Source of the DNA: a virus
Lineage: Duplodnaviria > Caudoviricetes
Reading direction: 5' to 3' (one strand)
DNA length: 61,677 nucleotides
IMG/VR virus record: IMGVR_UViG_3300038327_000229
Span: 1 to 61,677 of that record
Position numbers and translations under genes: made by a program. This document shows, piece after piece, positions 55,685 to 61,677 of this stretch; positions within the stretch are counted from its first letter, which is position 1, and each line of letters starts with the position of its first letter. The notes under the pieces were generated by a model. The model saw nothing but the letters and a program-made list of their open reading frames with translations. It was not told the DNA's origin and made no database searches.

Positions 55685-57490
55685 ATGGCAGATTATAAAA
55701 CCCTAAAGGTTACGTATGCCTACAACAGAGTAGAGTATAACGAGCTCACTTTAAGGTATAGCTATCTGCCGGTATCTGTCCAGACCAATGAATTAGATCT
55801 AGTATATAGCTTTGATGTGTCTACTGGCAGTTCATTCGATAGACTAGTAGGACATTGGTCCGACCACACACAAATCATCTGCAATTCCTTACCCTTCTGG
55901 CATGCAGGTAGGCAAGAAGAAACAAGCAACTATCAAAGTTTTATCAATAGTATGTCAATGAGCGCAGAGCATATATACGATCAGTTTGTGTCGTTTCGAA
56001 AAAATAGTTTCTTAGATGTAGTTGAAAGTGATCTCGCCTTTTCCGGATTTATTTCAGACTATCCTGCAATAAAATCAGATGCTTCCGATAGACAATCCAA
56101 TAATTTATTATATAACTCTGATTTTTCTATCCCAGGAAGAGCTATATCTGATTACCCTTGCCTATGGATTGTAGACCGGTCTACTGGCGCGATCCTTTCT
56201 GTCGATAAGGATAACGGATTAAGCGCCGGAGGTGCATTATCTATTCGTACTGACACCGGTGAGTATGCTGTGATATATCAGTCATATAATGCGAGATATC
56301 CAGCTGGACAAGACCTTGTTTTATCTGCAATGGTCAATGTCCCCAATAACATACTATACGCTGATTCAAATTCATCAGGTAATGCAGCAATGCATATCGA
56401 TGTGATATATGTGGACGGCTCTGTGGACCAATCATACGTAGACATACCCATATCTACAACCGAAGAAGGTGTCCTAGACGATAATACTACGGGACAGATA
56501 GCACACTGGAAGAGAATACACACGTCGATATCACTTTCTAAGCCATCAGCAAATATAAAATGCCATATAAAATCAAATTGTACTAATAGCACAAGCAGCA
56601 TTCTATTCTATTCTGATTGCCTTCAGCTAGAAAACGGAACTATACCTACTAGATGGAAAAAATATCCAGGAGACGTTCCCCCGTGGTTGCCTGCTTCGCC
56701 GCAGTCCTATGATATTTATTCCAATGATACGTCTACATATGCTCAGTCTCCTATAACGCTGAACTCTAATACTTCCTATGTCAATAATAGACCTAAAACA
56801 AAGATATATAACAGCACTACAGAAGATCTATTCTACGACAGCGCTATACCTACGAGGCTGAGATCAATATCGGAAACGATTAATGCAGGTGCTAATCTTA
56901 ATATTAAAGGAGTAGTAACTAACCCTCATGATATATTGATCTCTAACGTTGAATGGAAACTAGATCTAGCTGATTCCAGCAAGATCAGAAAATCCTCTCT
57001 TGAGCTTAACGACGACCACGGATCCTTCGCAATAGCCGAGAGAGACTATTTCGGAGACGATACAAATAAGTATACTGTTATAAAAGATCACATGAGTTCT
57101 GGAGCAGAGACGTACACTTTAGCGATAAGAGCCATTACTATTGATCATGACTATTTAATAGCTTTTTGTAGAGAGTCTCTAGGTGCTGGAGTATACTATA
57201 CATTTAAGTTTATATCCCCGAAAAGGGGACCTCAGGGGACCTATCTCGAATGCGTGCAAGACTTTAAAGTTCCAGACGCAACCGCGAATTTGTTCGATAC
57301 TGGAGTTGAGACAGGAAGTACCTTGTTTAGCCAAATAGGCAAAGTTGAGGGCAGTAGATCCAAGTTTGTCATAGAAACGAATGACGGAGTAACTAAGTAT
57401 GAAACCGATTTTGCATATGACTATTACATAAATGCTGGCGACGGGCAGTTCTTTACCAGAGAGAAATACGATCAAATTTGCGTGACATAG
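55685..57490 (+). CDS. Tail/baseplate protein with carbohydrate-binding-module-like domain
   Basis: NNLLYNSDFS..W..HWKRIHTSI..FYSDCLQLENGTIPTRW is the CBM-like pattern common in phage tail proteins. Confidence 0.6.
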   Translation: MADYKTLKVTYAYNRVEYNELTLRYSYLPVSVQTNELDLVYSFDVSTGSSFDRLVGHWSDHTQIICNSLPFWHAGRQEETSNYQSFINSMSMSAEHIYDQFVSFRKNSFLDVVESDLAFSGFISDYPAIKSDASDRQSNNLLYNSDFSIPGRAISDYPCLWIVDRSTGAILSVDKDNGLSAGGALSIRTDTGEYAVIYQSYNARYPAGQDLVLSAMVNVPNNILYADSNSSGNAAMHIDVIYVDGSVDQSYVDIPISTTEEGVLDDNTTGQIAHWKRIHTSISLSKPSANIKCHIKSNCTNSTSSILFYSDCLQLENGTIPTRWKKYPGDVPPWLPASPQSYDIYSNDTSTYAQSPITLNSNTSYVNNRPKTKIYNSTTEDLFYDSAIPTRLRSISETINAGANLNIKGVVTNPHDILISNVEWKLDLADSSKIRKSSLELNDDHGSFAIAERDYFGDDTNKYTVIKDHMSSGAETYTLAIRAITIDHDYLIAFCRESLGAGVYYTFKFISPKRGPQGTYLECVQDFKVPDATANLFDTGVETGSTLFSQIGKVEGSRSKFVIETNDGVTKYETDFAYDYYINAGDGQFFTREKYDQICVT

Positions 57491-57497
57491 GATAAAA

Positions 57498-59618
57498 ATG
57501 GCATATACAACTCATTCAGATAGTTCGCCTGATAAGAACACTTCTTTTATCAATACTAGCCTGAATAGGCTAGTACAGAATAATCCATATCATCCAGCTG
57601 CGCCAAACATACTCTGGCCTACATATTATGATGTCTTTGTCAATAAGACAGACGATCAACAAGTTTCTGTATCTGTCAGCGACGAGAAGCATCTAACCGG
57701 CGACATAGATGTATCTAATAATAACGCTTTGTATATGAACCATAAGCCTCGACTAGGAAGCACAGTAGCATCTACCTTTGGTACACTTGATACGGGGCTC
57801 ACTGATTATAACCATGGGGTAGTGTATTTTAGTGCTCTCCCTGCTAGCGACTTTACTCTAACTTATCTTGCTGATCCTGATAAATACTATGGTGAATATC
57901 TAAGTCAGATGCAAGATGTATTGCATAAGCTAGAGATATGGGCGGGCGCAGGATCTACAAAGAATGAAGGTGTAAGATCCGCAGAGGTACTAGTCAAGAG
58001 CACAAATGCTAAGATCGATAGTAAACTTCCCAAGAGAATACATGTTCAGGGATTAGCTGAAGACATCTCTTTTAAATCCCTAGATGGGCAGCCAGGCCAT
58101 ACTATCACTTTAGGGAATTCTAATGATGTAGTTGAGATTAACGCGAATGAGTTCAAGGTATACTGCGGCTCATTCGAGGGTGGTAGTGCTCTTGACCCTA
58201 TGACTGGCACTATAACAGACCATACTGGCGATATCCTTAATATGATAGGTCTCGTAAGTATGTCTCCTACGGGCACTACAAGATCTACCGGAATTACCGA
58301 TGCAGCTGTCACAACTGCAATGTTCACTACTGAATCAGGCAGAGATGAAGGCCTCAATGACGCGCTGCGTGTTTTTGGTAATACCTATATCGCAGGTAAC
58401 TTATTCACTTTAGGTGGTCATACTGTCATAAATTCGCAAGCTGAAATTCAAGTGAATACCTTCCAAGAAGATCTTCAAGTAAACGGTGATGCATATCTCG
58501 GCAACGGATCTGCGGATAAAGTTTATATCGCTGGAGATTTAACAGTTAGCGGTAGAATAGATCAGGTTGGTAGTACTACTGAGCATGATGTAACTATTAA
58601 TAGAGATATTATTTTGAATAACCATGGCGGAACAACCCCCTCCTTGGTAGATGGATTAGATCCATCATACATTGCCAATAGGCATAAGTATATGCGTCCT
58701 GCTGGACCTGACTGGTGCGGCGATACTGTCAATATATGTTCTATTGGTCAAATGGCAGAGGATGGAACTTTAACCGGAGGGGCGGCTAGCACTGCCACTC
58801 AAGACTCTACTACAGGTGATCTAGTCGTAGATACTACGATATCCAGTAACGCTTTACTCGTTAATATTGCCGGAGGTGGCCTATACTATACAGATAGATT
58901 CAACGATGGCACATGGATATTTGATATCCGCAGTGGGCCAAGCGCAGGAGAAAAGATTCCCATAGCTGCATACAACAGTGCGACTACTAGCTGGCAGTTG
59001 TCAAGGACACTCAGCTCCCTGCCTGCATCTGGTATGTCCTATAGGATATATAACCCATATTTCTGTAATCCTGATTTTGTCGCACTCAATGGCAATGATT
59101 TTGATATTACTGCTAGCACTACTAACCCAGTAGTAGCCGATGTCAGAGGTATAGTAAAGTCTAATGTTAATGCCGATACTGCTTCTGTCAATTCAGCTGA
59201 TGCTGGTACTAAGTACTTATCTATAGCCAATGAGAACAGTGTTGCATCTGCGGGACTAGAATCTGACGGAGTATGGTATGGATCCGACTATGGAGTTCCT
59301 AGTGACCAAAGTATTCTAGTTGCAGAAGCGGAGCATAACGGCAGTACTTTTAATCAACTCACTACCTATAGGCCAGCCGGTAAGTATGACTCTACGTGGA
59401 GGCAGTTTGCCTCAACCACTCCTACTATATATCATAATTTAGGTGGAGATTTTAGAGCTCAGGATTATAAGGTAACTGTTCATACAGCAGGCACTGGAGG
59501 TACTCCTGGAACTGTAACTCAAGTAACAGATCCTATTATCTCTGCGATAGATAGGAAAACAGCTACTATTACAGTACCTAGCACAAATACCTGGGTCCGT
59601 ATTAAAATAGAGGTTTAG
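57498..59618 (+). CDS. Tail fibre-like protein
   Basis: 706 aa; Gly-periodic beta segments (LQVNGDAYLGNGSADKVYIAGDLTVSG) and a C-terminal IYHNLG module. Confidence 0.6.
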   Translation: MAYTTHSDSSPDKNTSFINTSLNRLVQNNPYHPAAPNILWPTYYDVFVNKTDDQQVSVSVSDEKHLTGDIDVSNNNALYMNHKPRLGSTVASTFGTLDTGLTDYNHGVVYFSALPASDFTLTYLADPDKYYGEYLSQMQDVLHKLEIWAGAGSTKNEGVRSAEVLVKSTNAKIDSKLPKRIHVQGLAEDISFKSLDGQPGHTITLGNSNDVVEINANEFKVYCGSFEGGSALDPMTGTITDHTGDILNMIGLVSMSPTGTTRSTGITDAAVTTAMFTTESGRDEGLNDALRVFGNTYIAGNLFTLGGHTVINSQAEIQVNTFQEDLQVNGDAYLGNGSADKVYIAGDLTVSGRIDQVGSTTEHDVTINRDIILNNHGGTTPSLVDGLDPSYIANRHKYMRPAGPDWCGDTVNICSIGQMAEDGTLTGGAASTATQDSTTGDLVVDTTISSNALLVNIAGGGLYYTDRFNDGTWIFDIRSGPSAGEKIPIAAYNSATTSWQLSRTLSSLPASGMSYRIYNPYFCNPDFVALNGNDFDITASTTNPVVADVRGIVKSNVNADTASVNSADAGTKYLSIANENSVASAGLESDGVWYGSDYGVPSDQSILVAEAEHNGSTFNQLTTYRPAGKYDSTWRQFASTTPTIYHNLGGDFRAQDYKVTVHTAGTGGTPGTVTQVTDPIISAIDRKTATITVPSTNTWVRIKIEV

Positions 59619-59619
59619 G

Positions 59620-61677
59620 ATGGCACATGTCCACTCAGGAGCCCCTTTCGATGGATTCACTCAGCCTTTCGGTGCCATTAATGTTGGTGTCGGTAGCCAA
59701 GTCCTACCTAGACCAGAAATTCCAGCGGATTATAACTCAGTAACAAGATCCTATAGCGACTTAACGTATTATTGGCAGAGCTCATTCGCTGATATGATAG
59801 AGACTACTACTGGAGTTGTTTATACGGGAATAGGCGGTCTTGAGCTTACGGGGTATGAAGGTGTTCCTATCGAGGCAGAAATGCCATCTAGTTATATACT
59901 TGAGATAACTCCAGATCTCGGCAAAGAAAATTTAGATGATAACTTTGAGCCGTTTATACTAGACCAGCAGGTCAAGTCTAACCCCCTCTTAAAGCAGTTT
60001 ACTAATCTCGTTGTAGGATCTAACGTTGTATCTGATATAGACTACGAAACGCCGCTAAAGCAAAAGCTCTCATATACTATAGATCTTATAGATATGATTG
60101 AACTAGTTAATGCCGAATATCATAAATATCTATGGCGAGTCATACCTGTAGCGGAGAATGGATCTAGAGGATTCCCTTCTCAGGTACAGTTCTTTGAACC
60201 AAAGACAATCATATTCGATTATTCATGGAGCATAGATAGATACGATCAAAAGGTCAATGGTATAACAACTACGATCGCTGGTAGCAAAGCTCCAGATATC
60301 TCTAGTATAGAGATAAATGGGTCCACTAGAAATACGACTATACTTAGTTCTACCGCATGGTCTGCGGAAGTACCGGCTCATAATATAAGAGAGAAGGTAC
60401 TGGTCAGGGCAATAGATAAGAAAGGAACCTATTCTAGATATAAAATAATACATATAGATATAAACACATCCGAACAAAGACACCATCAGTTTTATAATAT
60501 ATTTGATAAGTTTGGTTACTTGCTCGGACTAGAAAGAATACCAAAAGAAGACAATATCAACTACAGGCGTAGGCTTTTTGATGTCTATAAACATAGAGGA
60601 GGTACAAACTATCTCCCCTTACTTAACTCTGTAATAAGAGAACTTGATATTACCTTTGACGATGCGGCGTTAACTTTAATTCCGCATGCAGACTTTGCCA
60701 AGGATTATCCGAATAGCACAGCCAACATAGCTATAGTCTCTGATAAGGTACAAATATTTTGTGATTTATTCTATGTAAAACACGAGCGACATAAGATAGA
60801 TCCATTTGATTGGACTATTGAATTAAAAAAGATGCCTACCTCTACTGCTATAAAAATAGAATCGCCTGTAGGTAATGAAATACCCAATAAAAGTAACTGG
60901 TATTCTAAAAAAGACAAGATACACTTTAAGAATAACTTACTGTTAGAAAGCCCTATATTCATATCATATTCATATGCAGAATCTTTATCTAAAAAAGGAA
61001 AGACATTTAAAGATGCCGCTGATTTTATAACGAATATGGCAATAGACAGTACGCCTCTGTTCTCTGTAATAACAGGGTCTACTGTTGATACTGGATCTCC
61101 AGTAGATTATCTGCAGAAAATAGGTAGAGCAGCTGTCCTGGATAGATTGTCAGTTAATAATGGTGGGAATGAAGTGACTGGATTGCCTATTAAATGGGCT
61201 AACTGTAATATAGAAGCACTTCAAGATGAAGGCTTCTACGGCCAGTATGTCAACCAGCACAACAATTACTTTGGCACTAAGATAAACACCTATGCAGATA
61301 ACCTATCTGCCAAGTTCAAAATACAGTGGGGCCTTGCAGTAGCAGATAGAAGTGTATGGCAAACAGACAAGAATGAAGCGATCGGTAGAACATCTCTTCC
61401 AACGAACTACGACTTTACGTATGGATATTGGGCTCAACAGAACTCTGGGTTTATAACTCCACTAAGCAGCAACGAAGCATACGCCTATAACTACTCTAAC
61501 ATTATTGACGGCTCAGAGCTCAACTACATTGGAGTAGATCCAGATCAGCTCAAAAGCGGCATAGGTGCGAACACGGACTTGCTCGTGACTGTTAGAGAAA
61601 AGTCTACTCGAGTTATCCCAGTGACAGCCCCGCTTCAAACTACCCGAATCATTTCCCAGACTGCCTCTAGTGCTCCT
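59620..61677 (+). CDS. 3'-truncated baseplate wedge/tail protein missing from the ORF track
   Basis: ATG 59620 follows the previous TAG; the frame appears open to the window end (MAHVHSGAPFDGF...); contains NIFDKFGYLLGLERIPKEDNINYRRRLFDV at ~60496-60585, a wedge-type motif. Confidence 0.7.
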   Translation, partial: MAHVHSGAPFDGFTQPFGAINVGVGSQVLPRPEIPADYNSVTRSYSDLTYYWQSSFADMIETTTGVVYTGIGGLELTGYEGVPIEAEMPSSYILEITPDLGKENLDDNFEPFILDQQVKSNPLLKQFTNLVVGSNVVSDIDYETPLKQKLSYTIDLIDMIELVNAEYHKYLWRVIPVAENGSRGFPSQVQFFEPKTIIFDYSWSIDRYDQKVNGITTTIAGSKAPDISSIEINGSTRNTTILSSTAWSAEVPAHNIREKVLVRAIDKKGTYSRYKIIHIDINTSEQRHHQFYNIFDKFGYLLGLERIPKEDNINYRRRLFDVYKHRGGTNYLPLLNSVIRELDITFDDAALTLIPHADFAKDYPNSTANIAIVSDKVQIFCDLFYVKHERHKIDPFDWTIELKKMPTSTAIKIESPVGNEIPNKSNWYSKKDKIHFKNNLLLESPIFISYSYAESLSKKGKTFKDAADFITNMAIDSTPLFSVITGSTVDTGSPVDYLQKIGRAAVLDRLSVNNGGNEVTGLPIKWANCNIEALQDEGFYGQYVNQHNNYFGTKINTYADNLSAKFKIQWGLAVADRSVWQTDKNEAIGRTSLPTNYDFTYGYWAQQNSGFITPLSSNEAYAYNYSNIIDGSELNYIGVDPDQLKSGIGANTDLLVTVREKSTRVIPVTAPLQTTRIISQTASSAP

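Noticed and set aside
110-60962. The many short minus-strand and nested ORFs in the track (e.g. 10551-11069, 47523-48182, 51354-51929, 60223-60486)
   Set aside because: They lie antisense to or within long, motif-bearing + strand genes and show no recognisable motifs.
1-61677. Stop-codon reassignment (alternative genetic code)
   Set aside because: Standard code gives near-complete coding density; TAA, TAG and TGA all end genes that are followed by SD/start signals.

Overview
The window is a gene-dense virion morphogenesis region of a large tailed phage with a contractile tail (myovirus type). All credible genes are on the + strand and both ends are truncated. Gene order: a 5'-truncated giant protein with DEDDh-like and PD-(D/E)xK nuclease motifs; three Gly-rich membrane-type proteins; terminase large subunit; an unknown 644-aa protein; portal; prohead protease/scaffold; capsid decoration; major capsid; an Ig-fused head-tail adaptor; a spanin/holin-like membrane cassette; neck fibre genes including a 20-aa-repeat protein; neck proteins; sheath; three tube paralogues; two paralogous chaperones; a tape-measure-like protein; a 2105-aa protein; a 2492-aa hub-like protein; gp25-like and baseplate-J genes; and tail fibre/wedge genes. 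The main discovery candidate is the 2105-aa protein (38641-44958) between the tape-measure-like and hub genes. It carries, in the correct order, beta-like and beta-prime-like double-psi-barrel RNA polymerase motifs with a non-canonical DLDKD triad and a C-terminal hydrophobic helix, which suggests a virion-delivered single-chain two-barrel RNAP. With the membrane-anchored dual nuclease and several hydrophobic Gly-rich proteins, it may be part of an injected, membrane-associated early-infection apparatus. All assignments come from reading motifs by eye plus gene order; no database searches were run. No CRISPR array, tRNA, rRNA, integrase or transposase was recognised.
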